Positions 12,201-23,536 of a stretch of 64,000 bases of DNA are shown here, piece by piece. Source of the stretch: Octopus vulgaris (lineage: Eukaryota); the NCBI GenBank assembly GCA_951406725.2, contig OX597818.1:136648001-136712000 (forward strand), given 5' to 3'. The position numbers and the translations under genes are program-made. Within the stretch, counting starts at the first letter, position 1; each line of letters begins with the position of its first letter. The notes beneath the pieces were generated by a model, which was not told the origin of the DNA, did no database searches, and was given only the letters and a program-made list of their open reading frames with translations.

Positions 12201-12821
12201 AGGGTAATGACTTTAAAAATCTTTTTCTGAAATTGAACATGGCTTGGGTGACTTGCTATGAGAAATGATGAGAAAGCAGTGACTAGCAGTTCATTTTTTT
12301 AAAAAACTTTCAAAAACCTCCCCCACCAATTAATATATCTATTTTCAAATGCATCACACTTGCATTGTCTTATTCAAACTCACATTACATTCAGCATTAG
12401 TGCTTCACACTATTTTATTAGATTTAAAGGAGTTTATGATTGAATTTACTTCCTGACCAAATGCCAATAACGATATATACAGTAGTAAAAGTTGTTTCAC
12501 ATCTTCAGTAGTATCATTTGTTGTTGAGATAATCCATGAATGCATTATTCTTTCTATTACAGATATTAAAATATAATGCTTTAATCAGTGGAATAAAAAC
12601 AATCAAGTCATGTCATTGAAGCAATCAAGCCAAGCAGTTGCAGCAAACAAGGGGCCAAAATATATAACTTTGAAAAGTCTGTTAAAAAGCAAAGAATTAT
12701 ACCGAATGTGGAACGTGAGTTGACTGAACTAAGTAATAATAGTTTCTGTATTAATAGTGAAACTATTAAAGTGAAAGTATCTGACATTACAATAGAGAGA
12801 TGTTATTGCTTCACTTTTGAC

Positions 12822-13207
12822 AGTGCCGGTGGCACATAAGAAACCATCTGAACGTGGCCGTAGCCAGTACCGCATCGACTGGCCTCCGTGCTGTGGGCAC
12901 GTTTCAAACACCATCCGATCATGGCCGTTCGCCAGCCTCGTCTGGCACCTGTGTCGGTGGCACATAAAAAACACCATCCGAGCGTGGCCGTCTGCCAGCC
13001 TCGTCTGGCACCTGTTTCGGTGGCACATAAAATCACCCACTACACTCTCGGAGTGGTTGGCGTTAGGAAGGGCATCCAGCTGTAGAAACACTGCCAGATC
13101 TGACTGGGCCTGACGAAGCCTTCCAGCTTCACAGACCCCAGTTGAACCGTCCAACCCATGCTAGCATGGAAAGTGGACGTTAAACGATGATGATGATGAT
13201 GATGATG
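12822..13207 (+). mobile_element. Family C RTE-type 3'UTR with four ~63-bp tandem units
   Basis: GGCAC anchors at 12830, 12896, 12959, 13022; then core and (GAT)n. Confidence 0.9.
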
Positions 13208-13209
13208 AA

Positions 13210-13420
13210 TACTGGAATAGTGGAAGACATAAAATATTGCAGTGGGCTCGCACTAGGCAAGAAGTTAAAAAATTTTTTGGCCCATGACACTACATGGACT
13301 AGTAAGGCATGTTTAAAATTTGAATGAAACCGGTTGTGTAGTTCTCGAGTTTTAGGGATTCACACAGACAGACACAGAAACAGACAGACTCACACACATT
13401 CTCATTTTTATATACATAGA
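13210..13420 (-). mobile_element. Helitron/HINE-like 5' end
   Basis: Minus strand TCTATGTATATAAAAATGAG followed by a (GTCT)n-type tract and CCCTAAAACTCGAGAACTAC..CCGGTTTCATTCAAATTT. Confidence 0.55.
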
Positions 13421-13627
13421 CAGAAGATAGAAGATAGTGTGTGACATTAAACATTACTGTGAAGAAAATCCATAGATCTTAGCTGTCACTACATTTATAA
13501 ATTCATTGCATTTATTAGATAAACAACCATAAACATCTGTCATGTTTATATATAACTTCACTGAGAACACTAAAAGAGGTTACAGAGTGGGAGCACTGAG
13601 CAGTAATCTGTATAAATCCAATGTTAT

Positions 13628-13828
13628 TACCTATTTCTTTACTACCCACAAGGGGCTAAACATAGAGGGGACAAACAAGGACAAACAAACGGATTAAGTC
13701 GATTACATTGACACCAGTGCGTAACTGGTACTTAATTTATCGACCCCGAAAGGATGAAAGGCAAAGTCGACCTCGGTGGAATTTGAACTCACAATGTAAC
13801 GCAGACGAAATAACGCTAAGCATTTCGC
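13628..13828 (-). mobile_element. SINE family B, 5'-truncated
   Basis: Conserved ATCGACCCCGAAAGGATGAAAGGCAAAGTCGAC core; other copies at 26029-26190(-), 39327-39559(-), 56985-57195(+). Confidence 0.9.
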
Positions 13829-14330
13829 ACGTTTGGACTAATAAACAGGCCATTCACTGTGTTTTGTCATGGAGAAAATTTCTTGCTGTTGGCAGTGGTG
13901 TAAATACACCTAGATCAGCTTGCAATGCTCCTTTTCCAGACTGTGAGATGTCGCATTTTGGAGCATATTTGAAGTGGTAACAACATTGCATTTATACATA
14001 TCACTACTTAACGCTCCTACTTCATAATTTACTTACGGTGAGCTGTTGCATAGCATTATCAGTCATCATACATTGACTGAAAAAGCATAAGAGAATCACA
14101 TTCATTCATCAGTTGACAGCGCCCTCTGCTCAGTGTCTGTGACCAAAGAGGAGACAATTACTCTGAAATGCTGCATCTCACAGTCTGGAAAGGGGGTGCT
14201 GTGAACTAACCTAGGTGTATTTACACCATTGTCAACAGCAAGAAGTTTTCTCCATGACAAAACACATTGTATGGCTTGTTTATTAGTCCAAACATGCCAC
14301 AAGGATATTTGAATGGGTAATAACATTGCA
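13828..14330. repeat. Diverged ~135-bp inverted repeat with ~200-bp spacer
   Basis: 13828-13962 versus reverse complement of 14161-14297; the ORF track gives near-identical peptides on opposite strands. Confidence 0.9.
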
Positions 14331-14469
14331 CTTAAAGAGGGATCAACTGGACAATCATTTCAAGTCACCTTACACTCTCACTAGCAATCACTCCATTCTT
14401 TACTGACCACTGTGAAATCTCTTAATATAATAATGAGCATAGTGTTTTTATATATTTGTGTATATATAT

Positions 14470-14783
14470 ATCACCGTGATCACCGTGACCGACCAGGCTA
14501 TCAGATGTTGCTACACATCGCTGGTCACAATGTGCTTTGCATTGTTTTAGCCTTCAAATGACGCCACCCCGCTGGCTAAGCGAGCAGGCCAACAGAAGAA
14601 AGAGTGAGAGAAAGTTGTAGTGAAAGAGTACAGCAGGGATCGCCACCAACCGCTGTCGGAGCCTTGTGGAGCTTTTAGGTGTTTTCGCTCAATAAACACT
14701 CACAACGCCTGGTCTGGGAATCGAAACCGCGATCTTACGACCACAAATCCGCTGCCCTAACCTCTGGGCCATTGCGTCTCCAC
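14470..14783 (-). mobile_element. tRNA-derived SINE D-prime (family D head, alternative tail)
   Basis: First ~185 nt match 28286 and 57827 copies, then unrelated tail ending CACGGTGATCACGGTGAT. Confidence 0.9.
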
Positions 14784-15599
14784 GTATATATATATATATA
14801 TATTTGTCCAGAATCACGGTCAGACGTAGAGGAGGAGAGAAAATAGTAATTCAGTGAAGGAGAAGTAGTGAGATTAATAGCCCTGACTGAGAGGGAGGGA
14901 GTAAAAATAATAGTAATGAGAGAAAGGAAGGGGTGATAGATGAATAAGGAAGGGCTGAAAAAAAATCATATTAACTCTGTGTGAGTATATGTGTGTAAGT
15001 ATGTGAATGTTTGTATGTGTGATTATTATGTACCTTATTTATATATAAAATACTACAATTAGCTGTCATTATTGATGGCATATGATCAGGTAGTTGTATA
15101 TAAAGTCACTGTTATTAAACATATAACTAAATCAGGTAGACTGATGTGAATATTTGACACTTTTTCAGATGTTAGTGCTACAAAATGAATTGCAGATATA
15201 ACAGCCATGTTTGTTTCTCTTACTAAGGTGCAGGCATGAATGCATGCTTAAGAAGTTCTTTTCTCAATCACGTGGTTTTGGGTTCAATCCGACAGTATGG
15301 TACCTTGAACAAGTGTCTTCTACTACAATCTTGAGACATCCAAATTCACTAGGATTTGGTTGTCAGACATTGAAACTAGCCTATTGTGTGTGTGTGTGCA
15401 TTTGTGTATACACACACACACCAAATAATGACAGTATACAGAAAACAAAGTAAGGTATTCAATGCTTTAAAGAACATACACAGGTTTCAGTGTGTATGTT
15501 CTATAAATTACATAATGGTTGTAAAAACATTATGCAATCTTGCACATCACCTCATTAGTGTCCTGCAATAAATATATGTGTGTGCACACACGTGTATGA

Positions 15600-15846
15600 G
15601 TGTTTGAGTCTCCTTCTTTTGACATGATGTGACGGTTGTAAAGGAGTGTCACCATCACACAATTAGTGTCGTTCATTTCAAATCTTCCATGAAAACATGT
15701 CTGGCCACGGGGAAATATTACCTCACTTTGGATACCAGTGAGGGCAAGCAACAGGATAGGCATTCAGCCATAGAAAATTTGCCTCAGCAAATTCTGTCTG
15801 GCCAATAAAAGCATGGAAAATCCAGGTGTTAAAATGATGATGATGA
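15600..15846 (+). mobile_element. Old SINE tail (A-type head family with RTE-like (GAT)n tail)
   Basis: GAAAACATGTCTGGCCACGGGGAAATATTACC shared with 5860-6075, 38845-39035(-), 48690-48910. Confidence 0.65.
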
Positions 15847-16689
15847 CTAAGCTATACTGGGGTGGGTGGGTGGAGGTAAATCCATACGTTTTACCCATCG
15901 CTGTAATTTGTAAATTAATCAATAACACACTAACACACTTGATATGTGTGTGTGTGTGTGTAAATCCCAGTAGAATAATGTAGAACGATGCTTCAAGATG
16001 CCTTGTCTAATCAACTACCAACATGGAAAAAAGTAGATAAAAGTCGATGATGATGATTATTATGATGATGGTGATGATTATGATGATGATGATAATGATG
16101 ATGATGATGGTGATGCTGCAACAGTAGCTTCCACATTGGATTTTGTATGTGTGTGAGATTTACCTGTGTGTGTAGGTTGTTGCAAACGAATTTATGATCA
16201 CTGTGTATAAGCATGTGTATATATATATATATATGTATGTATGTGTGTGTGTGTGTATGGGGGTATATGGGTATATGTATATAAACACACATGTACCAAC
16301 ACACATACATGTCTGTGCATGTGTGTGTGTGGTGGGTGGGTATATGTATGTATACACACATGTACCTACACACATACATGTACCTACACACATACACATA
16401 CATATATGCTGTGTGTGTGTTTATGTATGTGTGTATATAGAGATGCTAAGAAGAAAGATACCATGTCATGTATCACATGAGTTTATACAGAAGAGACTGA
16501 CAGTGTAGATAGGGGCAGGTTAAGTAGATTAATTACTGATGAAGCCAGAATGTGTGTGTGGTGGGACGGTGGAGAGGAAGAGGATAAACTTCATCTACCC
16601 TTCTTGTCTTACCATTTAGATAACAGCAAACTGGGAAAAACATCCATCCATCACCAAGGGAATATTCCAGAGTCTCACAGAATACAGTA

Positions 16690-16745
<56 letters not shown>

Positions 16746-16840
16746 GTGTGTGTGTGTGTGTGTAAGTGTACATGTGTTTATACTCTACTTATATATCCCT
16801 ATACACATAAAAACATAGACATATATACAAGGTGATAATT

Positions 16841-16873
<33 letters not shown>

Positions 16874-16874
<1 letters not shown>

Positions 16875-17468
16875 ATAATAAGAGTAAAATTAATTAATTA
16901 GTAATTAATAATTTCACCAAGCAGTGTTCAGTATGTAAAAGGACCATTTACGGTATATTTAAAAATTACTTTATATAATTAGGGTTCATCAAAAAAAATT
17001 TAGGGTCTCCGTCACTAGGAAAAGAAGGTAGGTGCCTTTATATTCAAATCGTGCACACACAACAATAATTAGGGTTCATCAAAAAAAATTTAGGGTCTCC
17101 GTCACTAGGAAAAGAAGGTAGGTGCCTTTATATTCAAATCGTGCACACACAACAATAATTAGGGTTCATCAAAAAAAATTTAGGGTCTCCGTCACTAGGA
17201 AAAGAAGGTAGGTGCCTTTATATTCAAATCGTGCACACACAACTATAATTAGGGTTCATCAAAAAAAATTTACTTTACCACACACCGAACTTTTAGAAAT
17301 AGCAGCCAAAGAATTTAGCTATTTCCTCTACTATAAGAATTTAGTGGTTTTTTTTTGAGTATACATTGTCTGGGAGACTCTTCTTATAGTAGAGGAAAAA
17401 GCTAAATTCTTTGGCTGCTATTTCTAAAAGTTCGGTGTGTGGTAAAGTAAATTTTTTTTGCTGAACCC

Positions 17469-17476
<8 letters not shown>
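16874..17476. mobile_element. Foldback element: 3 x 90-bp tandem array plus 96-bp inverted repeat, inside (TA)n; Penelope-like pLTR remnant suspected
   Basis: AGGGTTCATC at 16981, 17071, 17161, 17251; arms 17244-17339 and 17381-17476 differ at 2 positions. Confidence 0.75.
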
Positions 17477-17508
<32 letters not shown>

Positions 17509-17580
17509 TACACTCTCCCTTACTTAAATTATTTTGTCAGCATTTTCTTCATTTCCTTTTTTTATATATATATATATATA

Positions 17581-17863
17581 GTCTAGTGGTTAGGGTGTTG
17601 CATTCACGATCTAGTGATTCTAATTTCAATTCCTAGACTGGGTGGTGCGTTGTGTTCTTGAGCAAAGCACTTCATCTCTCATTGCTCAGTGATCACTTTG
17701 ACACCTGATAAGTGGTACACTGTACACCTGTTTAGATAATGTTGATTTGATGGAGAGAGTGAGCTAAGGTGAGGCATGAACATTTAATCGCTATAAACAA
17801 ATCATTTGTGCATGTTGTTCAGCAAAAGCTGAATGCTCATACATCGTCTTCGATGGGAGAGTC

Positions 17864-17897
<34 letters not shown>
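17581..17897 (+). mobile_element. Diverged tRNA-derived SINE with (ATT)n tail
   Basis: CTAGTGGTTAGG A-box, TTTCAATTCC B-box remnant, GTGTTCTTGAGCAAAGCACTT central motif. Confidence 0.7.
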
Positions 17898-17899
<2 letters not shown>

Positions 17900-18028
17900 G
17901 CAAAATCCTATGAAAGTACAGGTTAGTTACCTATACAAAGAATATTGAACATTACAGTTTACATACATTCTACTGCAATGTAACTATAAACCATTTATTA
18001 TAAGATATTAAACCATTTATTATAAGGT

Positions 18029-18096
18029 AAGAAAATAGAGAGATAATTAATTATTATTCAATAATAATAATTTATTAATTATCTCTCTATTTTCTT
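18029..18096. repeat. 23-bp perfect inverted repeat with AT spacer
   Basis: AAGAAAATAGAGAGATAATTAAT ... ATTAATTATCTCTCTATTTTCTT. Confidence 0.9.
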
Positions 18097-18398
18097 GTCT
18101 TATATATATACATATATCGTGCCGGTGGCACGTAAAATACACCAATCCGACCGTGGCCGTTGCCAGCCTCGCCTGGCACCTGTGCAGGTGGCACGTAAAA
18201 AGCACCCACTACACTCACGGAGTGGTTGGTGTTAGGAAGGGCATCCAGCTGTAAAAACATTGCCAGATAAGACTGGAGCCTGGTGCAGCCTCCTGGCTTC
18301 CCAGATCCCCGGTTGAACCGTCCAACCCATGCTAGCATGGAAAGCGGATGCTAAACGATGATGATGATGATGATACACACATAGGTACATACATGTAC

Positions 18399-18551
18399 AG
18401 GCGTGGGTGCATGGTAAAAAGCTTGCTTCTTAACTACATGGTTCTAGGTTCAGTCCCAATGCATGCCACCTTGGGTAAGTGTCTTCTACTATAGCCTTGG
18501 TCTGATTAAAACCTGAGTGGATTGGATGATAGAAACTGAAAGAAGCCCATC

Positions 18552-18587
<36 letters not shown>

Positions 18588-18800
18588 CACATGTATCTAT
18601 ATATATATGCATGTGTGTGTGTGAGTTTGTCCTCCACTGCCACGTGCCAACTGGTGTTGGTGTATTCACATCACTGTAACTCAGTGACAGAATAAGTACT
18701 AGGCTTAAAGAAATAAGTCCTGGGATTGATTGTTCAACTAAAACCTTTCAAGGTGGTGCCCCAGCATGTCCGCAGTCAAAAGACCGAAGCAAGTAAAAGA
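18399..18800 (+). mobile_element. SINE family A, diverged
   Basis: Head, linker and tail recognisable; similar copies at 33190-33600, 31717-31980, 30300-30450. Confidence 0.8.
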
Positions 18801-18908
18801 TAATAGATATGTATGTAGATACAAAAAAAAAAATATAGACACACATCTATATTGATAGAAACTTCAAATTTCTGCTAAGGTTTAGCTTCATCAAAGTCTA
18901 TCTCTCAC

Positions 18909-19026
18909 CTGACGACATGAATTACCAGCAAAACTTTGAAGTCACTGTCAACTTTTTCTTTATAAATATATATTTTATTCTCTACATAAACGGAGTTGAG
19001 GGATGGTTTAGTTAATATTTGTTTCT
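18909..19026 (-). CDS. Candidate internal coding exon (E)KQILTKPSLNSVYVENKIYIYKEKVDSDFKVLLVIHVV
   Basis: Acceptor ttttatgtataatcatacAG, donor CAG|GTGAGA, 118 nt, only one open frame, non-repetitive; protein not recognised. Confidence 0.35.
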
Positions 19027-19160
19027 CTGTATGATTATACATAAAACTCACATGTAAGTGCACACACACACACACACACATACACACAAACTCTTTGTTC
19101 CTGCTAGCAACACTGCCACCACCACCTCCACTACCACACCCTCAATCATCTTTAAGATAA

Positions 19161-19191
<31 letters not shown>

Positions 19192-19423
19192 TGATGATGA
19201 TTATCATCATTATAACTGATATTCCATGCTGACATGGACTGAATGGATTTGTTTCATCAGAACATTTTCCCATTTCTCATGGGAATCTTTTATCTTTTAC
19301 TTGTTTCAGTCATTAAACTGTGGCCATGTTGGGGCACTGGCTTGAAGAATTCTTAGTCAACTGAATTGACCCCAATACTTATCTCTTTATTTTCATTTCA
19401 TTTTGAAGTGTGTATGTATGTAT

Positions 19424-19464
<41 letters not shown>

Positions 19465-19483
19465 TAATAATAATGATAATAAT

Positions 19484-19969
19484 AACATTGTTTTGTCTTG
19501 GTATAAAAGATGGGCTACAGCAAATATTCTGCTCAATACCACAGATTTGCTTGTCAGTTGTTTGACCTTAACCAGTTGAGCATGTCCCTTAGTGGCTGAC
19601 GATATGTGCATCTCTGATCACGAGCAGAAGTAGTGGGGGAGCATCATAGCCATGTGTTGAGAGGGATTCTTTGGAGTTTGAATAATTCACCTCTGGAAAC
19701 ATGGGTGGTTCTTTCAACATCCTTAAACAACCCTTATTCAGGGACCTTTTGAGCGGGATGGGCTACTCAACCTGAAGAAAATTCTAACTGGGCCCCACCT
19801 GCAAGGTCATGTGCTGTTTATCTTGATATGAGATCACCATGTCGCGCACATATGGTTGTGATGCATGTGCCTGGTGTACCCTTATCAGACGGGTAGTCAT
19901 GATGGGTATACTGGGCTTCGTATATTTTACCCCAGTGTCACTTTGATGGCATGCACTGCTCTCTCACAC
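19484..19969 (+). mobile_element. ~490-bp retroposon-like insert embedded in an (AAT)n tract
   Basis: GC-richer non-coding block with (AAT)n on both sides (19423-19483, 19970-20148). Confidence 0.6.
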
Positions 19970-19988
19970 AATAATAATAATAATAACG

Positions 19989-20040
<52 letters not shown>

Positions 20041-20095
20041 TAATAATAACGATAATAATAACAATAATAATAATAATAATAACAATAATAATAAC

Positions 20096-20142
<47 letters not shown>

Positions 20143-20233
20143 TAATAATCCTTTCTACAATAGGCACAAGGCCTGAAATTTGGGGGGAGGGCACTAGTCG
20201 ATTATATCGACCCCAGTGTTTCAATGGTACTTA

Positions 20234-20659
20234 ATAGAGAATAGAAAGCCAGACATAGTCTTAATTGAGAAAGAAAACAAACTATGCTGGATCATAGATA
20301 TAGCATGCCCAGCTGACAACAAGGTATGCGATAAGGAAAAAAGAAAAGTCAAGAGATATGACAGGTTAGCTTGGGAAGTTAAGCAGTTGTGGTAGATGAA
20401 AAAGGTAGCAGTAGTACCAATAATTGTCGGAGCCCTGGGAACAGTGAGCAAAAATCTTGAGAAGTACGTGGAACAAATAGGGGCTGCAATAAGGGTGGAG
20501 CGCTTGCAGAAAATGGCACTGCTTCAAACTGCTCAAATACGCCATGAGGTGCTCAAAAAATAAGAGGTGTTACCTTAGTGCACTGGTAGTGAACAGCTGA
20601 CACCATAGTACATCCCCAGTGTTAGAAGCTGTACAAAAGCAATAATAATAATAATAATA
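20234..20659 (+). mobile_element. R4/Dong-clade non-LTR retrotransposon 3' end (restriction-like endonuclease domain)
   Basis: 20234-20563 reads IENRKPDIVLIEKENKLCWIIDIACPAD..KEKRKVKRYDRLAWEVKQLW*MKKVAVVPIIVGALGTV..LQKMALLQTAQI; one internal stop at 20393; (AAT)n tail. Confidence 0.92.
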
Positions 20660-21191
20660 GCTTCAAATTTTCACCCAAGGCCAGTAATTTTAGAAGAGGG
20701 TGGTAAGTCTATTGTATTGATCTCAATGCTCAATAACTGGTTTTTGCCTTTGCATTTCTGCCTCTCATAGAGACTACTACCAAACAGTAGTAACTCGGAA
20801 CTTAGACGAACGAGTTCTAATTGCTGCAGCTGCTGCTGCTATACATGTGTGTATAAAGGCACAGGGGTGTCTGTGTGGTTAAGAAGTTTCCTGCCCAAAC
20901 ATATGGTTTTTGGGTTCAGTCCAACTGTGTGACAATTTGGGTAAGTGATTTGCATCACAGCTTTGGGCTGACCAAAGCCTTGTGAGTGGATTTGGTAGAA
21001 TAAAACTGATGAGCAGGCAGAATAGTTTGCATGCTGGGCAAGATGATTAGCAGCATTTTGTTCATCTTCATATTCTACCAAGGTTGATGTTGCCCTTTGT
21101 CCTTTTGGGGGTTGCTAAAATAAGAACCAGTGGTGCACAGGGGTTGATGTCATTGACAATCTCCGCTCCCCTGAACCTTGGCGGACCTTAG

Positions 21192-21590
21192 TCTTTACTC
21201 TTCTACTTGTTTCAGTCATTTGACTGCGGCCATGCTGGAGCACCGCCTTTAGTCGAGCAAATTGACCCCGGGACTTATTCTTTGTAGGTCCAGTACTTAT
21301 TCTATCGGTCTCTTTTGCCGAACCGCTAAGTGACGGGGACGTAAACACACCAGCATCAGTTGTCAAGCGATGCTAGGGGGACAAACACAGACACAGAAAC
21401 ACACACACGCATATATATATACATATATACGACAGGCTTCTTTCAGTTTCTGTCTACCAAATCCACTCACAAGGCATTGGTTGGCCCGGGGCTATAGCAG
21501 AAGACACTTGCCCAAGATGCCACGCAGTGGGACTGAACCTGGAACCATGTGGTTGGTAAGCAAGCTACTTACCACACAGCCGCTCCTGTG
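21192..21590 (-). mobile_element. SINE family A, young full-length copy
   Basis: Near-identical to 43827-44243. Confidence 0.93.
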
Positions 21591-22576
21591 CCAAAATTTC
21601 AAACCATTATTGTTAGCTATGTGTGTGTGTGTGTGTATGCATGGCATGTTAAAAACATCCACCACGCACTGTAAAGTGGTTGGTGTTAGAAAGGGCATCC
21701 AACTGTAGAAACCAAGTCAAATTTGAACCTGGTGCAGCTTCCCAGCTCTGGTCAAACCATCCAAACCATGCCAGCATGGAAAACAGAATTAAAGGATGAT
21801 GATGATGATACATACATACACACACACATATATACATATTCAATACACCTACATCACTCCCCTAATACATACATATATACATGTATGTATATATAATCGA
21901 CTGTTAGCCAGTGTTTGTATTCTCTGTTTCTTTTCACTTTATCTCTGGCATGTCTCCCTGATTTGGAGAAAATTCTAGCTTCGGGTTCCAAATAGTTCTC
22001 AGATATTATTTCTTTATACAATCTCAACTTAATGGTAGCTGGGAACTAAAAGCCCTCTCTGATGTCAAACACCCCTTTATTTTTATTTCATATATACATA
22101 TATATATATATATACACCCATCCTGAAACTGATAGTTCAAGGTACTGTTTAGACAAGGGACTCCTCTCTCTCTGTCCCCTTCCACCTATGTGTGTCTGTC
22201 TGTGTGATAGGCATGTCTTCACCCTATAATCTAAATAAATAAATGGAAGTGGATTGATAGCTTCTACAACAAATATGAATGAGAAACTTTGTGGAAAACC
22301 TATGGAATTAGCTGGCAGCGAGGGTTCGGTGCGGGAAGTGTAAGTGTTGTATGGGTGTGTGAAGAAAGCAATGTATATGTGCACACACGCAGGTGTGTGA
22401 AGTGTGTAAAGTACAAATGTTTATAAAGTTTTGCTTGTGCAGTATGAGTTGTGTAAGGGTTCAAGAGTGCGGTGTGTATTATATATGTGGGTGTGTATAT
22501 TTATGTCTGTGTAGTATGAAATGCATAAAAATGTGTGTTGTATGTATGATGTATAAAATGTATGTATTGTATGTGC

Positions 22577-22611
<35 letters not shown>

Positions 22612-22723
22612 ATAATAATCATCATCATCATCATCATCATCATTTAGCGTCCGTTTTCCATGCTAGCATGGGTTGGACGGTTCTACTGGGGTCTGTGAAG
22701 CCAGGAGGCTTCATCAGGCCCTA

Positions 22724-23003
22724 TTAGGGAGTATATCGAAACTTACAGGGAAAATTAGATTTAGGATTAAATCAAATTTCATAGTATGAATATAAATTAA
22801 ATTAGAGATAAAACCACTATTAGGCAACTCAAACAGTGATAATAATATTTAAAATTAAAATTTTAATAATTTAAATTTGAAATATTATATTTTATATATA
22901 TTATATTAATTATATTTATTTTTTGTTATTTATGTTTTAGTTTATGTCTATCACTGTTTGAGTTTCCTAATAGTGGTTTTATCTCTAATTTAATTTATAT
23001 ATA
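22724..23003. mobile_element. Foldback element with ~52-bp inverted repeat; same family at 63943-64000
   Basis: ATATAAATTAAATTAGAGATAAAACCACTATTAGGCAACTCAAACAGTGATA and its near-perfect reverse complement at 22949-23000; left end TTAGGGA..ACTTACAGGGAAAA..AGATTTAGGATTAAATC recurs at the window end. Confidence 0.75.
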
Positions 23004-23250
23004 TAGAACATATTTTGAGAAATTTTTTTTCTCTTTTTTTTTAAAAGTTTTATCCTCTATTATTGTAATTGAAAAGTTTCTTCACTTTAGGACAGCAGAG
23101 CTAATTAACTGCTATGGTGACCGAAAACATACATTGCTGAGGCAAGCTACGAAATTTCGTTTCGGAAGTATCTGGGGTATTTATATGTGTTTGTGGCTTT
23201 GTTTTTTGCTTTCCTGTGGGTATTAATAAATATTTAATTTTTTTCTTAAG

Positions 23251-23313
23251 TATTTCCTGCTGATGACGGAAGAGCCTTTGGGCAGATCCAGAAATTAGCT
23301 AATACAGGAATAT
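23251..23313 (+). ncRNA. Type I hammerhead ribozyme motif (AUA cleavage triplet)
   Basis: Stem I TTCCTG/CAGGAA, CTGATGA 23260-66, stem II GGA/TCC with C.A mismatch at base, GAAA 23291-94, palindromic stem III TTAGCTAA, TA; predicted cut after 23304. Confidence 0.7.
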
Positions 23314-23458
23314 CTGTTTTATTAAAAATTTCAGTTGGCTTGTTGCGTCGAATTCAGTATATGTGTTTGTGACTTCTTTGAGTGGTGAGATGATTTAGTG
23401 TCTATTTCTCAGCATATAGGCTAGAAAATTTCTTTCTAAGCCTTTATTATAATTATGA

Positions 23459-23493
<35 letters not shown>

Positions 23494-23536
23494 AATAAAG
23501 TCATCTAAAAGTTTTTGCTCATCTTGATGCTGACAT

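Noticed and set aside
16976-17270. CRISPR-like repeat-spacer array
   Set aside because: Intervening sequences are identical, so it is a tandem repeat; eukaryotic context and no cas genes
21370-21708. Recurrent ORFs such as PRSGTEPGTMWLV, YRPRKDERQSRPR and MTTDAGVFTSP
   Set aside because: Chance reading frames of SINE A and B consensus sequences, not a gene family
23125-23175. Third hammerhead (CTGAGG..CGAAA)
   Set aside because: Core reads CTGAGGC and stems II and III do not form convincingly
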